Assembly (NCBI GenBank): GCA_977030845.1
Contig: OZ365115.1
Location: 8,990,001 to 9,054,000, forward strand
Origin: Fimbriosthenelais zetlandica
Taxonomy: Eukaryota
DNA length: 64,000 bases
Direction: 5' to 3'
Under the pieces are notes generated by a model. The model was not told the origin of the DNA. It saw only the letters and a program-made list of their open reading frames with translations, and ran no database searches. Made by a program: the position numbers and the translations under genes. This document shows, one piece after another, positions 13,401 through 26,016 of the stretch (its first letter is position 1; each line of letters begins with the position of its first letter).

Positions 13401-13793
13401 CCAAAAATCCGTCGCATAACACTGCTTGATCTTTTCTAAGGGATCTATCCTACGTAGGGCTCCATGCAATAAAGTAGGTCTTAGTCATTGTTACGGTGAA
13501 AAAAATAGTGATACTCAAAACATTACAAGGAAATAAATGGACCTTTTACATGTGAAAAAGGATGCAGCATCCCATGTTCTTCCCATCCTGGCAATGCACA
13601 TCAAGTATACATGATATATGTAGGCCCACATGTTGCGTATATCCCACATATATTATCTTCGTCACCGCATGTCCTTCTTCCTGGTAGGGTTTTCCAGTCC
13701 AATAGATAACAGTTTTCTTTGCGGAAATGCCATCCATTTAGCGCGCAACTTCAGTTGGCGCGGGAGGACAGAAAAAGGGAATTATTTTGCATC

Positions 13794-15807
13794 ATGAATA
13801 AGAACAACAGCGTGGAGTTAGACGGGAGTGAGTGGGAGCAGGATGGGGGGTTAAGTAAGGCAGGGATGGCAGCTATTTTCTACGTGTGTATTGGGGTTGT
13901 TGGTGTGTGTGACAACCTGCTCGTCTTGGTCGTTTTGGTGGGCACCAGGCGCTTGAGGCGGAAAATAACCATCATGTTCATCATCAATCAGAGTCTTATT
14001 GACTTGGTCGTTTCCATCATTATGATCGCCTCAGCAAGCGCAGGCAGTCAGGTGAGCGAACATTCATAAACCTTTTATGAATCCAACCAGATGGAATAAT
14101 TTTAATTCGTTCCCCTCCGCAAAATTTAATTGTGTGGTTAAAATGTCAAGGCCAAACTTTGAACATTGGGTTCATTTTTTGTTTTTACTACTGTTTTAAT
14201 ACTAGGCCTAAGGCGTTTGAAAACCTACTTTATATAGAACCTTCTCGTATAACCTAAGTTAAAAATATCTTTAACCAAGATTCGAATCATGATGGAATAT
14301 GGTTCAATATGGTTTTCCTAATAAACTGGAATTATCACAAGCATTTCTCTGATTTGGAAGTATAGTCTATACATGTACCAACTTCCAACTCACCCCCATC
14401 TCTGGCACAAGAGATATACACATTGGCTGATAAAAATGGCCTGGAGCTTGAAATAGGAGATTATAAATTCCAAAGCTGGTGCTTAAACGAGACAAGGCGT
14501 TACGTGTAATTTTATATGGCGGTCATGTAATATAGGAGCAGGTTATTCAGTTGTTTTAATGACTCGTCACAGGCACGTGCAAAGATCCAGGATGCAGAAC
14601 AATATCAATATCAAACGGATGTAGGCCTCGCCACACAGCTTTGAACCATAAATATATAGGATATATAGTCGCATAAAATATGTTATTTTAGCATGGAAAA
14701 CAATGTGTAAAATCTGTCAATTCTGCTCGGATATATTGGTAGTACAATATGGAATAAATTATCTATTCAACTTTAAGTTGCTCATTTTTGTCTGTGTCGC
14801 GTTATTTAGGTGCCTTATACAGGACTGGCAGGAGATCTGTACTGTCGACTCTGGTCCACCAAAATGTGCCTGTGGGGATTAATGGTATCCTCCACCTACA
14901 ACCTAGTGGGCCTCACACTAGAAAGATATATGGGGGTAAGTAATTTTTCTATTTGAACAAATCGCTAACTCAATCCACAATGGAGGCTGTCTCTTCAGCA
15001 ACTTTTCAGGAAGGATCTGGCCAGGCCAAGTCTTGTGGCATGCCCATACATTTCCTGGCAAACTTTAAAGTATCTTCCTACATCTCATTATGTGTGACCA
15101 ATGAAGTTAACTCTGCTCAATATCAACTTTCACTTCTCTAGGTTCTTCATCCAGTCTGGCATAAATTTTCCTTCACCAAACGGAAGGCCCGTGTAATCCT
15201 TGCATCAGTATGGGTGATAGGCCTGGGCTTCAACGCTGGCTACATGATCCCCACCGCCATCTACCAGCCGGAGAGTCACATCTGTCACATCTACGAACGC
15301 TGGCCCAGTGACAGCTTCAGGAAAGGCTTCGGTCTCATCATAACCATAGTACAATACTTCATTCCTTTATCCATTCTTATCTTCGCTTACGGTCGGATAA
15401 TCTACGCCCTCAGGAGTGGAAAGTTCAACATCACTAATCCAGACGGTAACAGGCAGAATCGATACCTGCATGCACAGAAGAACACCATCAAGACTCTATT
15501 TGTCGTGGCTCTTTCCTTTGTGCTTTGCTGGTCCTGGAATCAGGTTTATTACACCCTGATGAACCTGGGCTTGGGCAATGACTTTGCCAGTGGTTTCTAT
15601 CATTTTACAGTAATAGCTGTGTTTTTGAACTGTTGTATTAACCCTTTCATCTACGTGGTGCAGTACGAGAGGTTTCAGACAGCCATGAAGGAAATGTTCT
15701 GTAGGATCAAGGGCGAAGATTATTCCTCTCAAAGTGGCAGAAACACGGCCATGGTGTCACAGTCAAATACAGCTGCCGAGATTCACCAAATACATAGAGA
15801 AGTTTAG
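13794..15807 (+). CDS. Rhodopsin-class orphan GPCR 2, paralog of GPCR 1, about 349 aa
   Basis: Exons 13794-14051 (CAG|GTGAGC), 14810-14935 (126 bp, VPYTGLAGDLYCRLWSTK...LTLERYMG) and 15142-15807 (TAG). Both introns are phase 0. Motifs: INQSLID, LERY, CWSWNQ, NCCINPFIY. Confidence 0.93.
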
Positions 15808-16904
15808 AAATTTTTACTCTAGGAGATGTGTCAGTTATCCTTTCTTTAAACCGCAATTTTGGCTTTTGGTGATCGAGCAGAGCAATTTCACAGACAAAGC
15901 CCAGGCCAGGATCAAGGACAAATTTGATCAAAGTGCACCTTTCAAAGTCTTTCCTTGACAACAAACTAGGGAAGGGCCATTGCCCAGGCTCGCACAAATT
16001 CAGGATTATCCTGTATAGCATTGGTCTATGTCCTGTTTTACAATTTGATGAGCAATGACATAGATAACCTTTCATTTTCGATGCATAATTGTGGGCCAAT
16101 GAATTCCCGAATGTCGAAGGTCCTTCATTGAATTTTCTAAGGTCTTCAATAGTAATTCGGCCATGTATTGCAGGCCTAATACATGAAGCAAATCTTGGAA
16201 TAATATCTAGATATTTATTTGAATTCTGGGATATCAACTATTATAAGTATGCATCTATATTCTTTTGTATTTTTTCCATTGTGACGTATACCGCTGGTAG
16301 GATATACGAGACAATACAAGTTCGATGTGATGTGCCAAGATCTATGAATAAACAGGAATGATATTTGTTTACCGCATATTGGTGTTATGATAACAAATCC
16401 TTTCCAAAAAGTATGACAATCAGTTGTGGGATGGGTTAATGGAGACGTAATTCTAGACTTTATAGAATGCGGCTTTACGGTTGTCAAGGGCGTGGAATAC
16501 ATTAACTAGTAGTGGATATGATTTGTAGGAAATGGGTTTACATTAATGATCGTAATTTATTAGGCTAAGCTATGAGATCGTGTATCCCCGGCTACAAAAC
16601 CATAGATTAAAGTTACAACGAGGAGGTACCTTTTAGGGATCGGCAATAAATCCTGGAAAAGGTCCTGTTGTAAATATACATGAATGTTCACAATCATGTG
16701 TGCTTACAAACGGTGTCAATGTCATGGTACAAGGAAACGGTATAATTAAAATACAATAAAGGATTCCTGATGCCCAGCCTATCTTAAGATTGAAGTTCCA
16801 TATCAATCATCATGCGATTAGTTTTCTTTATTTAATTGCAATTACAGGGACAGGGCAGATCTGTAAAAGGGGTAGGGGGTCAGCCATGTGAAACGGTTGG
16901 GAGT

Positions 16905-16957
16905 GGGGGGGGGGGGGGGGGGGAGGAGTGGGATTGGGGGGGTGGGGGGTGGGGGTG
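16905..16957 (+). repeat. G-rich low-complexity tract (G-quadruplex-prone)
   Basis: A long poly-G run followed by GGGGT repeats, preceded by cagggcagatc, which resembles the left end of the 35223 element. Confidence 0.8.
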
Positions 16958-17872
16958 GCGTCAGGCTTAATAGCCCCTAGAAAATATCAGCTGATGGACA
17001 AAAATATGATCTCGGAAAGCGGGGGTCTCCATGCATATACAGAAGGACAATTTTATAGAACTATTCATAGTTCTATGATTTTATAATTATATGCTATTCC
17101 CTCCTCCAGACTTGGGCTGATGACCAGGGCTTAATTCATATAATATGATAAGTTTTCATCACGGTTTAGGTCCCACCATGAGAGAAATGCATGTGGGTGT
17201 AATAGTGGTATTGCAATGTCCACTATTCTATGGGTTATCCATGGTTTCCTGCATTTAACAGCAGATGTCTCTAGTGTCTGCTACACTGCAGGCCCACTGG
17301 GAGTGTAGGAAAACTTCATTTGGGTCATTCATTTGGGCACATGCAGTTACTTTTTGGAGAATGTGGTATCATAATATGCAGGATCATAATCGTTGAACTT
17401 GAGCTGATAGTTGTGAAAACAATACCAGAAAGTAAATTAATAAGCTTGTGAATGGTATTTGCGTGATTTATTTCCGTTAGATGATCGGTGTACTGAATTT
17501 TTGTTTTCGCCTTTCTCAATAGTTGTTGGGTTTTTTTCTAATAATATTGGAGTTTCACTGCACTAGAGGACAATCCCGGTGTATAATCTGTATAATAGAC
17601 CATAGACATACATTATAGATGTCTATGATACAGGCCTACTATCTAGGTGAAGAAAGGCGGACGTGCAGCCAGTCACGTACCTATAGTCTTCATCCATACT
17701 GACCTCCTAGTGTACAAAGGACCAACTGAACTAATTCAATTCAAAACAAAACCGACCCGGCCGAAGAGACGATTGGAAATTACGATAACCAGGGAAGCAA
17801 GGCCAGGACAACCTCTATAAATATCAGCGAGGCTTTCCAAATAAACCGTGGATTCAAACTGACCAGGGAAGG

Positions 17873-20202
17873 ATGGTGCTAGGTGTGTTAACACGTCGCT
17901 TGCTGCCTCGCCCCCTCCTCCTCCTGCCTTCAACATGTCCAAGTTACCATGGGTGGAAGGATGCTACTGTGGCCATGTTGGTTCCCAGATTGTCGTCTGC
18001 TACAGTAGTGACGCGTTCTGCCAGCCAGGAGGCGGGGGCGTGGAGAGAAGGTGCATCTCTCATCATTACAGCGAAAAATAACAATACTAAAAAGAACAGT
18101 GATGAGAAGAAAAAGTCCACTGATACAGAATTTGATTATAAACTGCTTGTATTGAAGAAGAAACATGACAAGAAGGGCATGTTAGAGTTTCCTGGTGGGG
18201 CCGTCACTAAGGCTGACTATGCCATTGAATGGGCAGAGCTGTTTCGCAGCGCGACCAAGCAGGATTTCGCCGATATTGTGAGCGATTTTCACCTGAGCAG
18301 CAGGAATCATCCTCCTATACTTCAGAGATATGAGAATGGCATCCCGGCGGGGCTGGCTACAAGAGTGGCGGCGATCAGGGAGACATTTGAACTGACTGGC
18401 ATCCTAATCGTCAAAGGTTTGCTTATAAATATTGTCAAACCATATTATGAATAGATCATCTTGTGTAAATTGAATTTGAATCTGTATTATGAGTGTCCAG
18501 GAAATGGGACCCGTCAAATGATTTGTTAATTTATTTCTAGGCATTCCAATCTCATCCATACCATTTTGAGAGGGATTAGCAGGGACAGATACAGAAGAGG
18601 ACAAATATAGGGGAATTCACTAAAAGACATAATGAATATTTCATATTTTGGGTTGATAGGGCTTAATATATTGGATGAAAAGGACCACATCTATGAGGGC
18701 GTGAGGGAAGAAATCAAGGCCCATCCTGAGAAGTTCATGTCTCTGTGTAAACTGCTGAGAGTCGTGCCTGATATCTGGGCTCTGAGCACCTGGAGTAACT
18801 GGCTCACCCCACCCCTACCCTCACTCAACCAGGAGGGTCTGGTGAACGAGGACAAGGCCCAATACAGGTAGGTCTTAGACAATCCACACATCCAAGTCAG
18901 TCCAAATATACCACATTTTGCAATCGCATCGGGGCAAATTATGTAATGTCATGTACCATATTATGGTTCTAAGAGACCAAATTTTGTACTGGCATATAGT
19001 TTAAAGAATCCAATTCCCACTAGTACAAACTGGATTTTCAGATCAAAAGTGAAGGAGGTCAACGTTAGATAATACCAATATGCACTAGCTCCGGCCTGTT
19101 GTTCACAATCTTAAAGTCATCTCCGAATTCTGATAAAGCTTCTTTACAATGCATTAGAACAGTGTAAAGATAAGCCTCTTGGCCTATGATATAGGCCTAC
19201 TGAAAAGTGTTTGTGATACCGCGATATCAATTAGATTTGAATATCACAAAACAATCTTTTCAGACGCTACGACTCTGTGAATTATGTCTGTTGTCTGGAT
19301 CGACTACCAGAGGCTGTGTGCGACAAGGCTGACCACCAACATGCTGAGGTTAGTGTAGTTGTTTTTTGAAAATATTTTTGATTTTCCCATGCCAATATAT
19401 GTAGAATAGATGGGCTGAATTAGGATAGAATCACTCGTATTTGACTTTTCTCTGCAGTGGTTGCAGCCCAGTGATCTGTGGGAGCCGGAGTACAGGGACT
19501 ATTTCTTGGCGCCCCTTCAGTTTGATATCGCCCGGCTGGCTAACTTCCCTCAGCTCGCCTTCCTTCATACATTCCTCGATCACCGAGCTAAGTTAGGTCT
19601 TCAGCAAACCATGCTCACCTTCCTGCTGTGTAAGGATGGCATCCTGACCCTCCTGCCAGGTAACTAGGCATATTGCTTATCTCTAGGCCCTCCTAGGCCT
19701 GTAACTTTTATTCGTGTTGAAGGTAGAACTATCGTAGCAAATCATAGATTCTTAATGGTCTTGATGCACTTTGGACTTTTGGGTGGGTCTGCCTTGATCC
19801 AGGTATATAGGGAACTCCCATATACTTCTTGTCCAATTAAATCCAGCCCCACAGCTGAGCATCTTGTGCCTCAAACAAAAATTGCCTCCACCAAATGCTC
19901 ACGCCTCCAGTGGGCGAGTAGGCCTACCTTTAGTTCTCTGACTTGGGTAGAAAAGATTTCCAAAATGATTTCCTGTCTGTTGTCTAGGTGATGACCTCTA
20001 CCCTGAGCAGCCCAACCTTCACGGTGGTGAGCTGCTCCGTGACCCTCGCAGTATCAGTGAGTTGTGGCACGCAACTAAAAACCACCACCGTGTGGAGATG
20101 ACGTCAGGTGACAGTGACGGAGCGTATAGATGTAATATACAGCTGAAATACGGCCAGCCCGTACCTACACGCAGACTCAGGCGCATGCTGGTCTTCCCCT
20201 GA
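17873..20202 (+). CDS. NUDT19: NUDT19-like Nudix (acyl-CoA diphosphatase family) protein, about 417 aa, with a degenerate Nudix box
   Basis: Exons 17873-18416, 18660-18867, 19264-19348, 19458-19659 and 19988-20202 (TGA), total 1254 nt with consistent phases 1,2,0,1. Family motifs: WREGASLII, FDYKLL, FPGG, IRETFELTG, PDIWAL..WSNWLTP, RRYDS, RLANF, LLPGDDLY, HHRV. AATAAA at 20589. Confidence 0.9.
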
Positions 20203-21251
20203 TCATCTTACAAGTCTCGGTCCTGCATCCCATATTGCGAAGTGAAGACGTCAAATCTCTCGTAGGCGTCCTAGGTCTAAGTCCGGGTGCTGTATATTGT
20301 TTGAGCAGCCACCACACTGTGAGCTATTGAAGCTTAATTATGGCTGATCAGACTGTGAACGATCAGTGCCATGAGCGCGACCACAAGAACGCTCTGGTCT
20401 GTTCAAGCTTTATTTCCCCTTTATAAATATTGGTAACCTCCCGCGTAAAAGCCAGTAACTGTTCAGAAAATATTATTTATAAGTTGCGTTTGAGTTGTTT
20501 CTGCTATAAAACGATATGTTGACTCTATATGTCCAGCGACAATACAGTATTATCTAACTACCTCTTTATGTAGTTAATTGTTAGGCATAATAAAATATTT
20601 TTCTATAAATCATCAAAGCTTAAATTGTGATAGTGTCACTGATCTGTTCTACAATAATCATTCCTAATGCGTTGCATATAACAGCAGGCCTCAATTGGAA
20701 TTTATAAACTTATCAGAAATAGATGAGCACAGGAACATTGCATGCATGGGTTCCATTCTGTCAGTTCAGAAAGACACTATCAGATGGCAGCACTACGTCT
20801 ACAGAGAAGTTGGGAAGTCATGGCGTTCTGTCTGCCAGAAGTTAGTGGGCGAAGTTTGAATATCAGGAAATGTGAGCTTAAATGATTTGCCCCTTCAATT
20901 TCTAGCCCTTGTTCTACTTAGGCTTATTGTGGAAGGATAGGTACGGTCGGTATACGTCAGTCATATTTGGGAGTGGAACAATCGTCTTCCTTAGATCGGG
21001 GATGAGAAGCTAGATTATTACGTGGCCCCATATTTAAACAGATACATGTACATGTAGTTGATTTGCTCTGCATGCAGCTGATCCCACCCAGAGCTCTAAT
21101 ATAAAAGCCTCATTTCCCCAGCTTGCAAATTTCCTGGGGAGTACAAACGATCAGCTGCACATGTCAAGCACGACTCTTCATAATAGAGTAATTTAATGAA
21201 GCCCAGTTTTAATCCATTCCCTTTCCTGTCCCCTGATGACTCCAGTACCAC

Positions 21252-21265
21252 GTTACCAAGGTAAC
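21252..21265. promoter_or_regulatory. RFX X-box-like motif
   Basis: GTTACC-AA-GGTAAC has two perfect inverted half-sites and sits at the start of a CpG-rich block (about 21250-21560). Confidence 0.6.
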
Positions 21266-22753
21266 GGCGCATGGATCAAGCTCTTGCCTCCTCCTCCTGC
21301 CCTCTTATAGCTGACAGATGTGGCGGTCACCCATTGTTTTCCTGATGGCCGGCTGGGGATGGGGATGGGGTGGGGGTGGGGGGAGATTCTCATCTGCTTT
21401 GATCTGCCGACTGATGACGTGCGGCGCGTTAATCCGGCGCGTCGCGGAGATCAAAGCGTTGGAGACAAAGCGTAACTGGATCTGTGTGGATCCTAGGCTC
21501 GTCCCCGGGCCGCGCGCGGATCCATCCCCGGGCCCGTTTCACTATACCTCTCACCCACCAACTGTCATCCAATCACTCACCGTAAATTAAAATCGTGATT
21601 TTCTTTTGTTCATCACTGTGATATAACTACATGCAATGGACGGGCAATGTTGTAGGCCTATAGTAGTAGATTAGTAGCCCAATTCGGGGGACTAGGTCAT
21701 GGGACTTTTTATAATAAAGTAACATACAGCCATTTCATCAAATGGCTCTGTCGTAAATTAAAAAAATCAACATTTCAATTTAATTTCTGTTTTTGCAAGG
21801 AGTTTCTTTGTAGTTGATATGCATAGGCCTATAGGCCCTACATAGAGATTATACTTTCATCCCAAAATTGTATTTGAATTATTATTTGAATTTCTGGAAG
21901 GCCATATACATGTATTTTCCTTTTATGGAAGGGTTGGGCGGGGTGCTTTTGAATTTAAAGAAAATCCCAAATAGAAATGTTAGCGTATCCTATTATTATA
22001 GGCCGTAACATTGTCTATTTGCTCACCCCTGTCCCTCAGTCAGCCTATTCACTTTGGCCATGAACATAGACCTTAGTGAGAGAAATGGTTGGTGAAGCGG
22101 GCCTCGTTAACACAAAGACTAACGAGCCGCCATTGTTGTCACATGGAATGACCTGACCTCAGTGTCAAGGTCGTTCTCACCACATAGCGCCCACAGCACA
22201 GGTGGAGGCGCGTTCGTCATGTAGGTGACTGTGTCACGACAAAATAGGGCAGTCTCATAAAGTCACACAAAAAAGTGCATACATGTCCATGAATGCCTTT
22301 TTCCCATGTGATGAAAGAAAAATAAAACATGTGAATGCAAATGTAGCAATTCTGCCTTAAATGGGCATCTCACTACATAACAATCTAAATAAATACATTA
22401 TAAAAATGATAAACGATCGTATGGCTATGATCTCAGGCGATCAACTCTAAAATTTCAAAAGACATTATTTCAAGTATTTGAGAATCATCACCTAGCATTT
22501 TTTGAGTCCCAAAATAGTCAGTGATCAAATGGAACAAAGACAATGGCAAGGCAAGGCGCGATGCACCGTCGTTTGGAAAATCGGTTGTGTAGGCCTATAT
22601 CTAAACGTAGGCCTAATTTCAATGATTTTCAATGATAGTTTCGAACGCACCGCCGGGAGCGCAACGGAGCGCATCAAGAGCGGTTAGCGCAGACGAGTCC
22701 CAGACTCCTGTGACTGCGGATCTCCTCCCAGTCACCATCAGGCTGTACGGCTG

Positions 22754-22829
22754 ATGATCCTCTCACATACTGGAGGAGGTATGAATCACTCAACCCTGGA
22801 GGACGATCAGCACCTCCACTCTCATACAG
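22754..22829 (+). CDS. Candidate upstream coding exon of FAM124
   Basis: ATG...ACA G|GTATGT (phase 1), in a CpG-rich context, encodes MILSHTGGGMNHSTLEDDQHLHSHT. It splices in frame to the AG at 26785-26786 just upstream of the FAM124 ORF. Confidence 0.4.
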
Positions 22830-24740
22830 GTATGTCATATGATTTTTTGCATCTATTTTGTATGGAAAGTTCTATTCCAAAAATGTCAATCAATCATTGC
22901 TAGATTGATTCAATCACAAATCACAGAAAAACTTCCCGGGAAAAGTTTTTACCGCACATCTCCGGATATAAATGTTATATATTTTGTTAGAAAAAATGTA
23001 AAATTGTCCCCTACTCAATTGGAACCTATATAGGCCTTTTTTGATCTGTGATAGCTCAAATAATATGCACAGTTGGTGCCACAATGCTGGGCACCGCCCC
23101 ATTTTTTCTACAACACCCTGGATTTTTCCCCTGGGATCTCAAGACAATAGATCACAATACTGAACTTACATCCAGTTTTATTAAATTCGAATTTCGAATT
23201 TCAATTAAAAAGCCCATCCGAATTTCACAAGATCGAAGTTTGTAGGCCAACAATCGACTTAATAGAGCCTTGATATGCACATACTAGGAATGCTCACAGC
23301 CTCGGGAGTCCAATGCATTTTTATCACCAATTTCACACTCGCCCAGACGGAGTATTCCCGACATGTGCAGACATGGGGGTGAGGCCTATTCTCCCTTCAT
23401 GACCACCAATTTCCCGTTGTCAGCGGGGAACAAAAACCAAACATGTCACTTCCACTTCAAATAGCCTACAAATAAACTCCTTTACAGCCAGAGATCATAT
23501 GTCAAACATCCCAAATACCTGGCCCCCTGACCCTGGCACCGTGGTCGCATGGGGAGAGGTAGGGATGGGGCTGAGAGGGGGAAGTGGTGGGTGTGGGGGG
23601 TAGGGGTGGGACTGAGAGGGGGACAGGGAGAGGAAGGAACAACAGGAAGCCCATATATCACTATGACTGTCAGGGATATCTTGTCATTATTATGTAAAGA
23701 TATGACTATTCACCCGGGTGTCAAATGTATGATTTTGGCATGGGAGAATTCAAACAAACATAGGTTAACTGAATGAAACGCATGACCCATTGGTCACACA
23801 CTGAGTGCATGCAAACTTCCTCTGAAATATTTTATGAACTTTTTTATCTAAAGGCTGAACAACAGTCACTACTAGGAAATAAGACCCTATTTCAAAGAAG
23901 TATTTAGAATTCTAGGAACGTAATGTCCATTTACCAATGACTACATTTCACCTAATTGCAAGACCTTTAACAAATTATTTCAAACGTTTTGAGAGAAAAC
24001 TTGGATCAAAGGACTGTAGTCCAGACCGAACATATATAGTAGAAGATCCGCTGAAGAAAAACATGTCCACTTGAAGCTTTTAACTCATACTTTATGACCC
24101 TCTGTTTACAGGGATAGTTTGACCTTGTGACTCGGTCCTCGCCACTTTCAAAGGAGCAGGAGAAATCGGAGCTGACTACAAGTTTGAAACAAGACAGAAG
24201 GTCGCCTGGTTGCTTTTATAGACACAGTCTGCCAGAAACCTTGAAATAACGTGTGAAAAACATTTCATATCACCGACAGATAAGGAACTGTTTTTATTCT
24301 GTGAAGCTTGGACTGGAGTCTCTCTGTTTGGACAGACACCAAATATAGTGGAATAGGACACCTTAAATGGAATACTAAAGTGAAAGGCAGATATATACAA
24401 GATATAAGCCAAGTGAGTTAGTTATCCTGGAATAGTTTCATATATACCTGGAAGGGAAATATCGACAGAAATATGATGGAAGTTTATTAAAGTCTAATTT
24501 AATGAAGGGCCATTTGTAAATGGCATGATCAATCAGACATTACTTTTCAATCATCCAACTTGCATGAGCCTAAGGACATGTAATACTGTAACAACATCAG
24601 ATCTAACACGACAAGGCCGTGAACAGAATTTGAGCAGAACGTCATCAAAGGTGTAGCCTTGACGTAATCAATTACCCTGAAAAGTCTCAAATGACTTCGG
24701 TGCTATCGTCTATCGGTAATGGCAGGTACAATCTTGTATG

Positions 24741-24754
24741 GTTCCCATGGCAAC
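24741..24754. promoter_or_regulatory. RFX X-box-like motif
   Basis: GTTCCC-AT-GGCAAC matches GTHNYY-AT-RRNAAC. Confidence 0.6.
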
Positions 24755-25325
24755 AATATTTGAACTAACATGGAAATGTGAGAGATGGTGAGAGGAAGAG
24801 AGCGACGACGCGTGAGTGAATGACGTGGTGATGACAACTATTACGACGCCGTTACAGGAGGTGTATGACGTATGGTTAGAGCGTGACATGAAGGTTAATG
24901 GGACGTCAGGACGTCAGTATATACGACATGAACGTGGGACGAGCATAATGTAAAACACATGTGATGTAAGTGAACTTCTCAGAAAAAAAATCTAGTGCGC
25001 CTAGTGGGGTAGACGAGCGCTCGTCCCTATGACAGACTAACCCCTCCTCCTACTACCCGCGTGAGGATTCCTCAGTCGAGGGGGGAAGTGACTCAAATTG
25101 AGTTTTTTTTTTTCTTCTAAAGTTCTTTAAATAAAATCAAAGAATCAAAGACTTGCGCAAGTCTACTAGTGGGGTGCAAGTGGGAAATTATTTCTCAGAT
25201 TTCAACTTATACTATAGGCAATGGTTAGCTGGTCTAAATTTGCCATTTCTGTACATGGATGGACCTTGGCCTACAACTAAAATCAATCAAGATATCAGAA
25301 TTAAATTAGCCTGGAACCTTCGTGA

Positions 25326-25349
25326 TTGACAAGTTGACAAGTTGACAAG
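25326..25349. repeat. Short tandem repeat (TTGACAAG)x3
   Basis: Three exact 8-bp units. Confidence 0.9.
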
Positions 25350-25852
25350 CCCCAAAACTACAATATATTTCACTGGACTGAATTATTGGACTTAAACTTT
25401 ATCCGGAAGTTTTGAATTTAGAGCTTAACAGTTTTTCTGTCATCTGCTCAAACCACAGAGCTTCATTGTGCGATCCAACGTCAGACAGGAAACACATGGG
25501 GCCGGGAGTGTAAAGAATGACTTTACTAAATGAATGTTAAAGACAGTTGTCTGGCGCGGGGCTGTACACATGCTGGTATTCTTCCGCGCGTCTCCAGTTA
25601 CCGCTCTCAGTGGCGCGCCGTAGAGTGGCTCAATAAGATCTTGACGAGTCTGTCGTTGGCGTCGCTGTGGTCGGCGGTGCCATATGGTTACTGGGTGAGT
25701 GACTCCCACATGTGGTGAGACCGGCAAAAAGCCACACTACAGGGTCACGCTACCATAGGAGGGACAAGCCCCAGGCTGAGGCTTCTACCCCCACCACCAC
25801 TCACCCCGCCCCCAGGCCCCCGGATGTTGTAGTAACATGCGCGTAAGATCAT

Positions 25853-25886
25853 GTAGCCATGGTAACTCATATGCTTCCATGACAAC
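25853..25886. promoter_or_regulatory. Paired RFX X-box-like motifs
   Basis: GTAGCC-AT-GGTAAC (25853-25866, a full consensus match) and GCTTCC-AT-GACAAC (25873-25886, one mismatch). Confidence 0.55.
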
Positions 25887-26016
25887 CGACCGTTACTACT
25901 AGAACTCATTCCTGAGTCGACATGCAACGGGTATCAGCTGGAGTAAAGAACCATTTGACTGGACGCAAGATGAAAAATAGGACTATAGTTTTTGTACTGA
26001 AAAGTTTCTAAAAGTC

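Noticed and set aside
18541-18570. Cryptic acceptor in NUDT19 intron 1
   Set aside because: It gives an in-frame TGA after eight codons, whereas the 18660 acceptor restores homology.
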